32,000 nucleotides of DNA from Phycisphaera mikurensis NBRC 102666 (GTDB lineage Bacteria > Planctomycetota > Phycisphaerae > Phycisphaerales > Phycisphaeraceae): positions 2,040,001 to 2,072,000 of the forward strand of contig NC_017080.1 of NCBI RefSeq assembly GCF_000284115.1, read 5' to 3'. Below are positions 1-8,239 of this stretch, piece after piece. Under the pieces are notes generated by a model that saw nothing but the letters and a program-made list of their open reading frames with translations, did not search any database and was not told the origin of the DNA. A program made the translations under genes and the position numbers. Numbering within the stretch: position 1 is the stretch's first letter; each line of letters opens with the position of its first letter.

Positions 1-71
1 CCGCCACCGCGAAGGGGGTCTCGCTCCGCAATCGCCGGCTGGCCGAGCAGGAGGATGGGCTGGTCGGCCAT
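1..71 (-). CDS. 5' end of a gene truncated by the window edge; begins MADQPILLLGQPAIAERDPLRGG; possibly an S8/subtilisin-like protease partner of the AAA ATPase
   Basis: ATG at 71..69 on the minus strand, open to the edge, starting 9 nt after the stop of the upstream AAA ATPase. Short N-terminus plus AAA-ATPase context resembles ATPase + S8 peptidase pairs, but no catalytic motif is visible. Confidence 0.4.
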   Translation of the reverse strand, partial: MADQPILLLGQPAIAERDPLRGG

Positions 72-80
72 CCTCGGACG

Positions 81-1088
81 CTACCGGGCGTCGCCCGCGT
101 TCGCCTGCGTCACGCGGGACTTCCACTGCCGTAGGCGGGCGTCGGCGATGGAGCGGGCGGGTGCGCCGCCGCCGGCGAGGACCTGCCGGCGGGCGAGATC
201 GAGCAGGAACTCCTCGGCCTCGGCGAAGCTGGTGGGCCCGAGCTTGTCGGCGAGCGTTCGGGCGGCGTAGCCGAAGGGGCGGCCGAGACGATCCTGCCAC
301 GCCTCGACGAATTGCGTGAGCTGGCCGCGGCCGGGTGGAGGAATCTGGAGGCGGAGCTGGAACCGCCGCCACACGGCCCGGTCCAGCAGCTCGGCGTGGT
401 TGGTGGCGGTGACGACGACGACGTACGACGGCAGGTCGTCCATCTGCAACAGCAGGGAACTGACGATCCGTTTGATCTCTCCGGAGTCCTGCGCGTCGCC
501 CCGCTCCTTGCCGAGCGTGTCGAACTCGTCGAAGAAGAGGACGCAGGCGCGGGTGGAAGCCCGCTCGAAGAGCTTCCGCAGACGGGTGGCGGTCTCGCCG
601 AGGTAGCTGCCGATGAGGGCGTCATACCGCACGGTGAGCAGCGGGACCATCAGCTCGTAGGCGAGGCCCTCGGCGATGGATGTTTTTCCGTTGCCGGGTG
701 GACCGGAGAGCAGCACGCGGTGGCGGGGCTCGAGGTTGTGGCTCCGTAGGACGTCAGCCCGCTGCTGTTCTTCCACCAGCTCTCGAAGAGCTGCCGCGGC
801 GGCCTCGGGGAGCAGCAGCTGGTCGAGGCCGCGGGCGGCGGTCGCCTCGTGCACAAGCGTGGTGGCGGCGACGTGCTCGACCTGGCCGCGGTTGAAGAGG
901 GCGGGGACGCCGTTGCGGGCATCCGCATCGGGTGTCCGCCGCAGTTCGGTGTCGAGACGCTCGGCGAGGACCACATGCCGCTTCGCACGCTCGTCGGCGA
1001 TCAGCGCCTCCACCGCCCGGGCGAACGCGGGGCGGTTGCCGGTGGTGCCGGCTTTCACCAAGCTGAGGAGGAGGTCGGAGCGGGCCAC
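81..1088 (-). CDS. AAA+ family ATPase (IetA-like / protease-associated ATPase)
   Basis: Walker A LLSGPPGNGKTS, Walker B VLFFDEFDTLG, AAA second-region ATNHAELLDRAVWRRF. Confidence 0.88.
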   Translation of the reverse strand: MARSDLLLSLVKAGTTGNRPAFARAVEALIADERAKRHVVLAERLDTELRRTPDADARNGVPALFNRGQVEHVAATTLVHEATAARGLDQLLLPEAAAAALRELVEEQQRADVLRSHNLEPRHRVLLSGPPGNGKTSIAEGLAYELMVPLLTVRYDALIGSYLGETATRLRKLFERASTRACVLFFDEFDTLGKERGDAQDSGEIKRIVSSLLLQMDDLPSYVVVVTATNHAELLDRAVWRRFQLRLQIPPPGRGQLTQFVEAWQDRLGRPFGYAARTLADKLGPTSFAEAEEFLLDLARRQVLAGGGAPARSIADARLRQWKSRVTQANAGDAR

Positions 1089-1231
1089 GGCGAGTTGAGC
1101 GTAAGCCGCCCCCGGAGAGGGGCGAGGAAGGGGTCAGGCCGTGGGATCGGTCAGCGGATGCCGCTTCGGAGACTTTCACGCCGCCGACGGGCCTCACGCA
1201 GGGCCGCATTGAGCTCCGCCCGCGGGCCGGG

Positions 1232-1561
1232 TTATTTCTCGCGGCGGGCTTTGTCCTGGAAGCCGCGGATGGTGGCGTCGAGGGCGCGTAGCTCGGCGGC
1301 GTCCACGGCGAGGGCGGCGGGGTCGCGGCTGGGGTCCCAGCGGAAGCCGCCGACGAGGGGGGCGGCGTCAGCGGTGGCGAGGGCGAGGGACCAGCGGCGG
1401 AGGACGGCGGCGAGGCTCGCATCGTTGGGAGCCGGGGCGAGGGCGGCGAGCAGCTCGGCGGGGTGCGCGGTGGGGAGATCGCAGCGGAACCCGCGGACGG
1501 TGAAGCAGATCAGCCGTTCTCCGCTGCCGTCCGCGGATTCGGCATGCTCCAGAAGGAGCAT
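1232..1561 (-). CDS. small hypothetical protein (109 aa)
   Basis: ORF with ATG start in a gap otherwise without a supported gene; co-oriented with the AAA ATPase; no recognised domain. Confidence 0.45.
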   Translation of the reverse strand: MLLLEHAESADGSGERLICFTVRGFRCDLPTAHPAELLAALAPAPNDASLAAVLRRWSLALATADAAPLVGGFRWDPSRDPAALAVDAAELRALDATIRGFQDKARREK

Positions 1562-1562
1562 G
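1543..1562. repeat. perfect inverted repeat CATGCTCC-AGAA-GGAGCATG over a start codon
   Basis: 8-bp stem, 4-nt loop, directly readable; covers the ATG of the 109-aa ORF. Confidence 0.6.
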
Positions 1563-1859
1563 GGGGACGTGATGAGGCGGTGGAGGAGCCTCGGGAGGGC
1601 GGGAATCAGCTTGGACGTGATGGCGAGGGCGACGATGAGCGTGAACGGTCCTGACTCGTCGGGGGCGGTGCCGGCCCCGGCGGGGAGGGCGGAGGCGAGA
1701 GGGTTTCAGACGAGCGTGGAAGACGAAGCGCCTCAGGCGCTCGCGGACGAGGCGGAGCCCGATGGCGCGACGATGGCGGTGACCCCGTGCCCTCTCGCAT
1801 CAGCAAGATGCATTTGCCGCAGTCCACCGCCTGCTGGACCGACGCGGCATACTGGCACG

Positions 1860-2630
1860 ATGGCGAAGAAGCGGACGTGGCCGGAGGCGATCGAGCAGGT
1901 GTTGCGCGACGAGGGCGGACCGCTCCACTACGTGGAGATCACGGAGCGGATTGTCGCAGGCGGGCTCAAAGAAACCTCAGGCGCAACGCCAGCCGCGACT
2001 GTGGCGGCGAACCTCTCGACCTCCCTCCACAACGATCCCAAAACACCCTTCGTGCGGGCGGGGAAGCCCGGGAGCGGCCTCTTTCGCTTGCGGACAAGCG
2101 GCGAACCGGCGCCCGAGCCGGTGGCGACGGACGAGCAGGAGGCGGAGCCGCAGTACAGGGTCATCTCCTCCTTCGGGATGTACTGGGCCAAAGAGAACGT
2201 GGACTGGACTTTGACTCGACCGCCGCTGCTTGGGGAGGCAGACGGAGCGACCAAACAGGTGAACTTCCACGATCAGCAGGGCGTCTACCTGCTGTATGAC
2301 GGGCGCGAGGTGATTTACGTCGGCAGATCGGAGAAAGACTGCATCGGTGCCCGCCTGCGCGCTCACACGAGAAACCGCTTGGCGCGACGCTGGGATCGAT
2401 TCTCCTGGTTCGGGGTGCGCCCCGTGACCGAGGCGGGGAAACTCATCGACGTCCCGGGAGGAGCGACAGTCGACGCGGTCGTGCCCGCGCTGGAGGCCGT
2501 GCTGATCGAGGCTCTGGAACCGCGACAGAATTTCCAGCGGGGAGACGGCCTGAAGGCGGTGGAATACGTGCAAGTGGTGGACCCCAAGTTGAAGAAGAAG
2601 CGGCTGATGCAGTCGCTCGCGGAGATCTGA
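1860..2630 (+). CDS. HARE-HTH (HB1/ASXL-type winged helix) domain fused to GIY-YIG nuclease domain, 256 aa
   Basis: N-term MAKKRTWPEAIEQVLRDEGGPLHYVEITERIVAGGL...PFVRAGKPGSGLFRL matches the HARE-HTH pattern. C-term GVYLLYDGREVIYVGRS...RLRAHTRNRL...EAVLIEALEPRQN matches the GIY-YIG core with Tyr/Tyr/Arg/Glu/Asn retained. ORF-track start (849) is far too early. Confidence 0.85.
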   Translation: MAKKRTWPEAIEQVLRDEGGPLHYVEITERIVAGGLKETSGATPAATVAANLSTSLHNDPKTPFVRAGKPGSGLFRLRTSGEPAPEPVATDEQEAEPQYRVISSFGMYWAKENVDWTLTRPPLLGEADGATKQVNFHDQQGVYLLYDGREVIYVGRSEKDCIGARLRAHTRNRLARRWDRFSWFGVRPVTEAGKLIDVPGGATVDAVVPALEAVLIEALEPRQNFQRGDGLKAVEYVQVVDPKLKKKRLMQSLAEI

Positions 2631-2797
2631 GGCTGACGGGAGGAGTCCCGCGCCCCCGCGCGGCCGCCAACATCGCTGCGACGGACGCGCGTAACCGGCT
2701 GCCTGCCTGCGGCCTCCGCTTGCGGATGGATCCATCACAGCCTCGGTCGCCGTCGCTTGGGAAGCGGCCCTCGCGGAGCCGACGCCCTGCCCGCGCA

Positions 2798-2863
2798 GGC
2801 GGGCTCCGCCCGCCGAAGCTCGTCCAGGCTGGCAACTCGGATTGCGCAGCGGGCGTAGCCCGC
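2798..2863. repeat. two adjacent short intergenic hairpins, GGCGGGC-TCC-GCCCGCC (2798..2814) and GCGGGC-GTA-GCCCGC (2849..2863)
   Basis: Perfect inverted repeats read directly, in the gap between two convergent genes. Confidence 0.6.
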
Positions 2864-2879
2864 ACAGCGGAGCGAAGCG

Positions 2880-5800
2880 TCAGCTCAGCAGCTGCTCGAG
2901 GTCGCCTCTGGTGAGCTTGGAGAGGAGGTTCTCTTCGCCGCCGACGACGGCTTCGGCGAGGTCGCGCTTGCGCTTCTGGAGTTCGAGGATGCGCTGCTCG
3001 ACGGTGTCTTCGCAGATCATGCGGTAGGCGAAGACGGGCTTCTCCTGGCCGATGCGGTGGGCTCGGTCGATGGCCTGAGCCTCGACGGCGGGGTTCCACC
3101 AGGGGTCGAGGATGAAGACGTACTCGGCGCTGGTGAGGTTCAGGCCGGTGCCGCCGGCCTTCAGCGAGATGAGGAAGGCGGTGAGGTCGGGGTCGGTCTG
3201 GAAGTCGTCGACGACCTGGCGGCGGTTGCGGGTCTGGCCGTCGAGGTAGGTGTACGAGACGTCGGCGCTGTCGAGGCGCTCCTGCACGAGGTGCAGCATC
3301 GAGGTGAACTGGCTGAAGATCAGCGCCTTGCCGCCCTCGGCTTGGATGTCGCCGAGCATCTTCATGAGGCGGTCGAGCTTGGCGCTCGGGGCGTCGGTGT
3401 CGATGCCTTCCTTCTTGATGAGCGCGGGGTGGCAGGCCGCCTGCCGCAGGCGGAGCAGGGCCTCGAGCACCATGAAGGCGTTCTTGCCGAGGCCCTTGCG
3501 GGAGGAGGTGGACCCGTCGGCGTCGAGCTGGCTCATGAGCGAGCCGCGGTAGTAGTTCCGCAGGTCGTCGTAGACCTTCCGCTGCGCCGGGTCCATCTCG
3601 CAGAGGATGGTCTGCTCGGTCTTGGGGGGCAGGTCGGTGAGCACCTGCTTCTTGGTGCGACGCAGGATGAACGGACGCAGCGCGGAGGCGAGCTGCTGCA
3701 GCGGCGTCTTGCCGTCGGGCGACTTCTGCTGGAGGTCGGTGGCGCTCTCGTCCTGGAGCGTGCCTTCCTCCGCCGCGGAATCGGCGGCGGCGGCCTGGGC
3801 GCCGGTGAGAGCGCCGGCGGTGGAGCCGGTCGATCCGTCGCCGCCGGCGTCGATCGAGCCCGAGACCCCGCGGACCAGGTCGGCGAAGCGGGCGTTGCTG
3901 CCGAGCATGCCCGGGTTGAGGTACTCGAAGATCGACCAGAGGTCGCCGAGGTGGTTCTCGACGGGGGTGCCGGTGAGCGCGAGGCGGTGGTCGGCCTTGA
4001 GCGTGCGCGCGGCCTTGGCAGATTGGCTGCTGGGGTTCTTGATGGCCTGGGCCTCGTCGAGGACGATGTAGTCGAACTCGACGTGCTGCAGCTCCTCGGC
4101 GTCGCGCCGCATGAGCCCGAAGCTGGTGACGATCAGGTCGTAGTCGGCGAGCTTCTTGCGGCTCTTGGCGCGGTCGGGTCCGGAGTAGGCGAGGACCTTC
4201 AGGCCGGGAGTGAACTTCTCGGCCTCGTCGAGCCAGTTGAAGATGACCGAGCGGGGGGCAACGATGAGGCTGGGCTTGCCGACGCGCTTGGCCTTGGCGG
4301 AGCCCTTCTTGGATCCGGCGGCTTTGCCCTCCCCCCGCAGGGCGTCCGCCTCGCGCTCGAGCTCGAGCTTGCGGCCGGCGAGCATCGCGAGCACCTGGAC
4401 CGTCTTGCCCAGGCCCATGTCGTCGGCGAGGACGCCGCCCATGCCGAACTGGCGGAGGAAGTTGAACCAGCCCAGGCCGGTCGCCTGGTAGGCCCGCAGC
4501 TCGCCGGTGAAGTTCTCGGTGGGTTCGGCGGGGTGGATGCCGTCGAAGCTCTTCACCTGCTCGCGGGCCAGGGCGAAGGTGTCGTCGTAGGCCTCGAGCT
4601 CGTCGTCGCCGACGAGCGTGTCGAGCAGGGCGGCCTGGCTGGCCTTGAAGCGCAGGTGGTCTTCGTGGGCCTCGCCCATGTTGGTGAGCAGGCCGTGCTC
4701 GGCGAGCCAGTTCTCGGGCAGCAGGCCCTGGGTGCCGTCGTCGAGCTCGATCATCGAGCGGCCCTGCCGCACGGCCTCGAGGATCTCCGGGAGCGAGACC
4801 TCCTGCTTGGTGCCGTCCTGGTGCTGGTAGGTGACGCTGCCGCGGAGCTCGAACCAGTCGATGCCGCTGGTGATGGTGAGCGCGGGCGGGCCGCCGGCGC
4901 GCATCATCTTCTGGTCGGCGGTGATCCCCCAGCCGCGGGCGAGCAGCACGCTGACCAGGTGGGGGATGTGCTTGCTGGCGATGACCAGCGCGTCGTCCTC
5001 CCCGGCGGCGGGGCGGGAGAGGCCCAGGCCCGCGGTCTGCTCGATGGCCTCGCGCTCCAACCGGAAGTTGCGTCGGATCAGGCGGCGCTGGCTCTCGTCG
5101 CCGGCCTCGGCGAGGGCGGCGGTGTCGGCCGCCTCGTCGCGGTCGGCGCCGGCGTCGTTCGGGCCGTCGCCGCCGCCGTCGGGCGCGGCGGTGTCGGGCG
5201 GCGCGGTGGTCGTGGCGTCGGCGGCGACGGGCACGAAGCGGCCGGGGCGGCCGGGCGAGACGCGGAGGCCGCCGTAGTCGAAGTAGATGCGGGCGGCGAG
5301 CGTGGTCTTGCCGCTGGCGCCCAGCTCCTGGGCCTGCACGGTGCCGGGGCTGAACAGCTCGAGGAAGGGCCGCGGGTCGACACGCTGCTCGAGGTGGCCG
5401 AGCCCGTCGGGCAGGTCGAGCTCGGGCAGCTGGGGCAGCAGGTAGAGCCGCTCGATGAAGCGCTGGACCTCGTCGTCGGGGATGCGCATGCCGCCGCGGA
5501 CGTCGTTCTTGCGGCCCTCGACCTCGGCCTCTTCCTGGTAGCGGGGGTCGCGGAACTGCTGGATCCACGCGGAGGCCTCGTGGTCGTCCAGCGGGGCGGC
5601 CCAGGCGACGTTGAGGCCGGGGCCGGGCACCGCCTGCTTGTCCTTGCCCAGGTCGGGGTGGTTCTTGAAGATGACGACGCCGTCGGGGCCGCCGAGCGCG
5701 AGCAGCGGGGCGGTGACGGGCACGCGGCGGCCGGCGCGGCGCAGCTGCAGGTCCAGCCGCAGCTCGCCGTCGCCGGGGCGGCCGGTGAGCCAGGGCACCC

Positions 5801-6725
5801 AGGCGGCGCTGGAGCCGGCGACGGCTTCGCCGTTCGCGGCGCCGGCGGTGTCTCCGCGCTGCGCCTCGTCCCAGCGCAGCAGGCGCAGGCGCGGGACGTC
5901 GCCGCCCTCGTTGAGGTCGACGAAGCAGCGGCCGGTCTCGATCATCCGGCGCAGCAGCGAGCGCTGCGCTCCGCCGGCGAGGCGGAAGGTGCTCTGCGCC
6001 GGCGTGGCCGAGGGGATGCGGACCTGGCGGAGGTCGTCCTCCACCACGCGGGTGGCGCCCAGCAGCAGGCCGCCGAGCTCGCGGTCGACGGGGTGGGCGA
6101 GCTCGTCGAGGTTGTCGCTGCCGAGCTTCAGCGGCTTGGGCTTGCTCCAGCCGGTCGCGCTGGCGGTGCGCTCCGTGAGCTCGATGACCAGGCCCCGCGC
6201 CCGCGCCGAGGCGCGGGGCGGGATGACGTAGCAGACCTGCCGCTGCATGGCGGCGAGCGCCGCGAGCGGCCCGGGCCGGCTGGTCTCGCCGTCGGGCCGC
6301 AGCATCGACATGCGGCTCTGCCAGGCGGACTCCTGGCCCTCGCCGAAGCCGCTGACGTTCTCGGTGCGGACCTCGCCGCGGTCACGCTTGCGGGCCTTGG
6401 GGGCCCGCAGCCGGAGCTTGGAGAGGTTGCGGATCCGCGGCTCCTCGGGATCCTCCGGCGGGTCGTGGTTGAGGTCGAGCAGCGCGGCCCAGATGTGGGT
6501 GCAGAACTGGCCGGCCTCGAAGACGTCGCAGTCGCACTCGGCCACGGCGTGCTTGCCGTCGGGCGAGATCGTGACCTCGTGCTTCTGGTCTCCGTCGGTG
6601 ACGACGGCCCGCAGCAGGTACTCGCCGCGGTCCTGCCGCTGGACCTGTTTCTTCACCTGGGCCTGCCGGCCCTGGATGCGCACGGCGTTCTGGAAATACG
6701 GGGACCACGAAGGGAGAATCGACAT
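2880..6725 (-). CDS. SWIM zinc-finger + SNF2-family DEAD/DEAH-box helicase, 1281 aa
   Basis: SWIM motif CDCDVFEAGQFCTHIWA; helicase motifs GWFNFLRQFGMGGVLADDMGLGKTVQVLAML, DYIVLDEAQAIKNPSS, LTGTPVENHLGDLWSIFEYL, ISLKAGGTGLNLTSAEYVFILDPWWNPAVEAQAIDRAHRIGQ. Confidence 0.96.
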   Translation of the reverse strand: MSILPSWSPYFQNAVRIQGRQAQVKKQVQRQDRGEYLLRAVVTDGDQKHEVTISPDGKHAVAECDCDVFEAGQFCTHIWAALLDLNHDPPEDPEEPRIRNLSKLRLRAPKARKRDRGEVRTENVSGFGEGQESAWQSRMSMLRPDGETSRPGPLAALAAMQRQVCYVIPPRASARARGLVIELTERTASATGWSKPKPLKLGSDNLDELAHPVDRELGGLLLGATRVVEDDLRQVRIPSATPAQSTFRLAGGAQRSLLRRMIETGRCFVDLNEGGDVPRLRLLRWDEAQRGDTAGAANGEAVAGSSAAWVPWLTGRPGDGELRLDLQLRRAGRRVPVTAPLLALGGPDGVVIFKNHPDLGKDKQAVPGPGLNVAWAAPLDDHEASAWIQQFRDPRYQEEAEVEGRKNDVRGGMRIPDDEVQRFIERLYLLPQLPELDLPDGLGHLEQRVDPRPFLELFSPGTVQAQELGASGKTTLAARIYFDYGGLRVSPGRPGRFVPVAADATTTAPPDTAAPDGGGDGPNDAGADRDEAADTAALAEAGDESQRRLIRRNFRLEREAIEQTAGLGLSRPAAGEDDALVIASKHIPHLVSVLLARGWGITADQKMMRAGGPPALTITSGIDWFELRGSVTYQHQDGTKQEVSLPEILEAVRQGRSMIELDDGTQGLLPENWLAEHGLLTNMGEAHEDHLRFKASQAALLDTLVGDDELEAYDDTFALAREQVKSFDGIHPAEPTENFTGELRAYQATGLGWFNFLRQFGMGGVLADDMGLGKTVQVLAMLAGRKLELEREADALRGEGKAAGSKKGSAKAKRVGKPSLIVAPRSVIFNWLDEAEKFTPGLKVLAYSGPDRAKSRKKLADYDLIVTSFGLMRRDAEELQHVEFDYIVLDEAQAIKNPSSQSAKAARTLKADHRLALTGTPVENHLGDLWSIFEYLNPGMLGSNARFADLVRGVSGSIDAGGDGSTGSTAGALTGAQAAAADSAAEEGTLQDESATDLQQKSPDGKTPLQQLASALRPFILRRTKKQVLTDLPPKTEQTILCEMDPAQRKVYDDLRNYYRGSLMSQLDADGSTSSRKGLGKNAFMVLEALLRLRQAACHPALIKKEGIDTDAPSAKLDRLMKMLGDIQAEGGKALIFSQFTSMLHLVQERLDSADVSYTYLDGQTRNRRQVVDDFQTDPDLTAFLISLKAGGTGLNLTSAEYVFILDPWWNPAVEAQAIDRAHRIGQEKPVFAYRMICEDTVEQRILELQKRKRDLAEAVVGGEENLLSKLTRGDLEQLLS

Positions 6726-6919
6726 CCTTGGCTTTGTCTCGTCTGGCTGCCACGGAGCCGGGGCGACGCCGGTTCGCCCGCCGCGACCGGCCCCCGTCGG
6801 GGCGCGGCACGGCGATGGACAGGCGACCGCCCGGCGACGCGGCCGGCGGTTCGGGGCCGTGATCGGCCCTCGGACGAGCCGCCGACCCGAAGCCGGCGAC
6901 CCGAAGCGGCAACCTTAGG

Positions 6920-7822
6920 GTGCATCGCGTGAGCGGGCAATCCGACACCTCCGAAGCGGCCGCGCCGGCCGGGCCCGCGGACCTCCCGTTCCACCCGGCG
7001 GCCGGCGTGGCCTGGGTGCTGGGCGCGGTGGCCCTCTTGGTCTGGCTGCAAAGACGCGGCGTGCTCCGGGAGGCTTGGCTGCGGGGGACGCCCCGCCGGC
7101 TGCCGCCGCTGGGCGGGTGGGACCTGCTCGCGGCGGTGGGGCTCTTTTTCGTGGGCTCGGTGGTGGCGATGGGCCTCGCCGAGGCGGTGCTGGGACCGAA
7201 CCCGCTCGGCCGGCCGGACGCCTCGCCGTGGGCGATGGTCCTCCTGCAGCTGGGCACCTTCGGGCTGCCGTCGGCGTGGGTGGTGTGGCGGGCGCAGCGG
7301 GTGCGGGGCGGCCTGCGGAGGCTGGGGTTCTTCTTCCGCTGGGGTCACCTGCGGACCGTGCTGGTGGCGTTGCCGGCCGGGTGGCTGCTCGCCAGCGGGG
7401 TGCTGGTCGTCGCGGCGCTGGCGGCGCAGGGGCTGGGGCTCGAGTCGCCGGTGGTGCAGCACGAGCTGCTGCTGACGCTGCAGGAGCGGCCGGGCTGGCG
7501 GACGCTGGCGCCGGCAATCCTCAGCGCCGTGGTGCTCGCGCCGCTTCTCGAGGAGATCCTGCTGCGGGGGCTGGTGCAGTCGCTGTGCGTGCGGGTGCTG
7601 GGGCGCCGGCGACGCTGGGCGGCGATCGCCTGCGCGTCGGCCGGCTTCGCGGCGCTGCACCTGGGCTCGGTGCCGCCGCAGACCCTGGCGGGGCTCTTCG
7701 TGCTCGGCGTGGTCTTCGGGGCGGTGTACGAGCGGACCGGCTCGCTGACGCCGGCGGTGCTGGTGCACGCGGGCTTCAACGCGTTCAACGTGGCGGTGGT
7801 GGCGGCGGGGCTGGCGGGGTGA
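6920..7822 (+). CDS. CPBP family intramembrane metalloprotease (CAAX protease-like); start uncertain (GTG at 6929 possible)
   Basis: Multiple hydrophobic segments, EEILLRG motif, FAALHLG and HAGFNAFN motifs. Confidence 0.92.
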   Translation: MHRVSGQSDTSEAAAPAGPADLPFHPAAGVAWVLGAVALLVWLQRRGVLREAWLRGTPRRLPPLGGWDLLAAVGLFFVGSVVAMGLAEAVLGPNPLGRPDASPWAMVLLQLGTFGLPSAWVVWRAQRVRGGLRRLGFFFRWGHLRTVLVALPAGWLLASGVLVVAALAAQGLGLESPVVQHELLLTLQERPGWRTLAPAILSAVVLAPLLEEILLRGLVQSLCVRVLGRRRRWAAIACASAGFAALHLGSVPPQTLAGLFVLGVVFGAVYERTGSLTPAVLVHAGFNAFNVAVVAAGLAG

Positions 7823-7922
7823 GCGTCCGCCCGCGGCGGGGGGCTCTTCCGCCGATCTGAAAAGGCGGTGCAGGCGTCGCTGGAGATGCGTCGGGCGACC
7901 GCTCTGGGGGCGGGTGCCCCGC

Positions 7923-7951
7923 TTGACGAAACCCGATCGGGTCGGCATGAT
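7923..7951 (+). promoter_or_regulatory. sigma70-like promoter for tRNA-Ala: TTGACG-N17-CATGAT
   Basis: -35 TTGACG at 7923-7928, 17-nt spacer, -10-like CATGAT at 7946-7951, 11 nt before the tRNA 5' end. Confidence 0.6.
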
Positions 7952-7962
7952 CCCGTCCCCAC

Positions 7963-8035
7963 GGGGCCGTAGCTCAGCTGGGAGAGCGCTGCGTTCGCAA
8001 TGCAGAGGTCGTGAGTTCGATCCTCATCGGTTCCA
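7963..8035 (+). tRNA. tRNA-Ala(CGC)
   Basis: Cloverleaf: acceptor GGGGCCG/CGGTTCC, D arm GCTC...GAGC, anticodon stem CTGCG/TGCAG with loop TTCGCAA (anticodon CGC), T arm GTGAG-TTCGATC-CTCAT; CCA not encoded. Confidence 0.96.
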
Positions 8036-8043
8036 CGAGACCC

Positions 8044-8061
8044 GGCCGCCCTCGGGCGGCC
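8044..8061 (+). terminator. GC-rich hairpin GGCCGCCC-TC-GGGCGGCC downstream of tRNA-Ala
   Basis: Perfect 8-bp stem 8 nt after the tRNA 3' end; no U-tract. Confidence 0.45.
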
Positions 8062-8239
8062 CGGTCGCGTGCGCGCCCCGCTTGGCGCACCGTGCGCAAT
8101 TCTCCGATCGCCTCTGCGGGCGAGTCGTGCCCCTCGCTTCGTCGGCTGCATCGCCCTGCAGGGGCATGGCTGCTTTGCCGCCTCGCGAGGAACACGCCCC
8201 GCGGACGCAGGGCCGATCGAAAAAACTGCGCACGATGCT

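Noticed and set aside
849-2630. 593-aa plus-strand ORF taken at full length
   Set aside because: Only the part from 1860 shows real domains; the upstream extension is antisense to the AAA ATPase and has low-complexity shadow-like sequence.
3057-6932. 1291-aa plus-strand ORF and the 1041-aa minus-strand ORF at 2443..5568
   Set aside because: Both overlap the well-supported SNF2 helicase in other frames and contain no recognisable motifs.
7974-8195. Minus-strand 73-aa ORF ending VEPMRIELTTSALRTQRSPS
   Set aside because: This C-terminal peptide is the antisense translation of the tRNA-Ala gene, a common spurious annotation.
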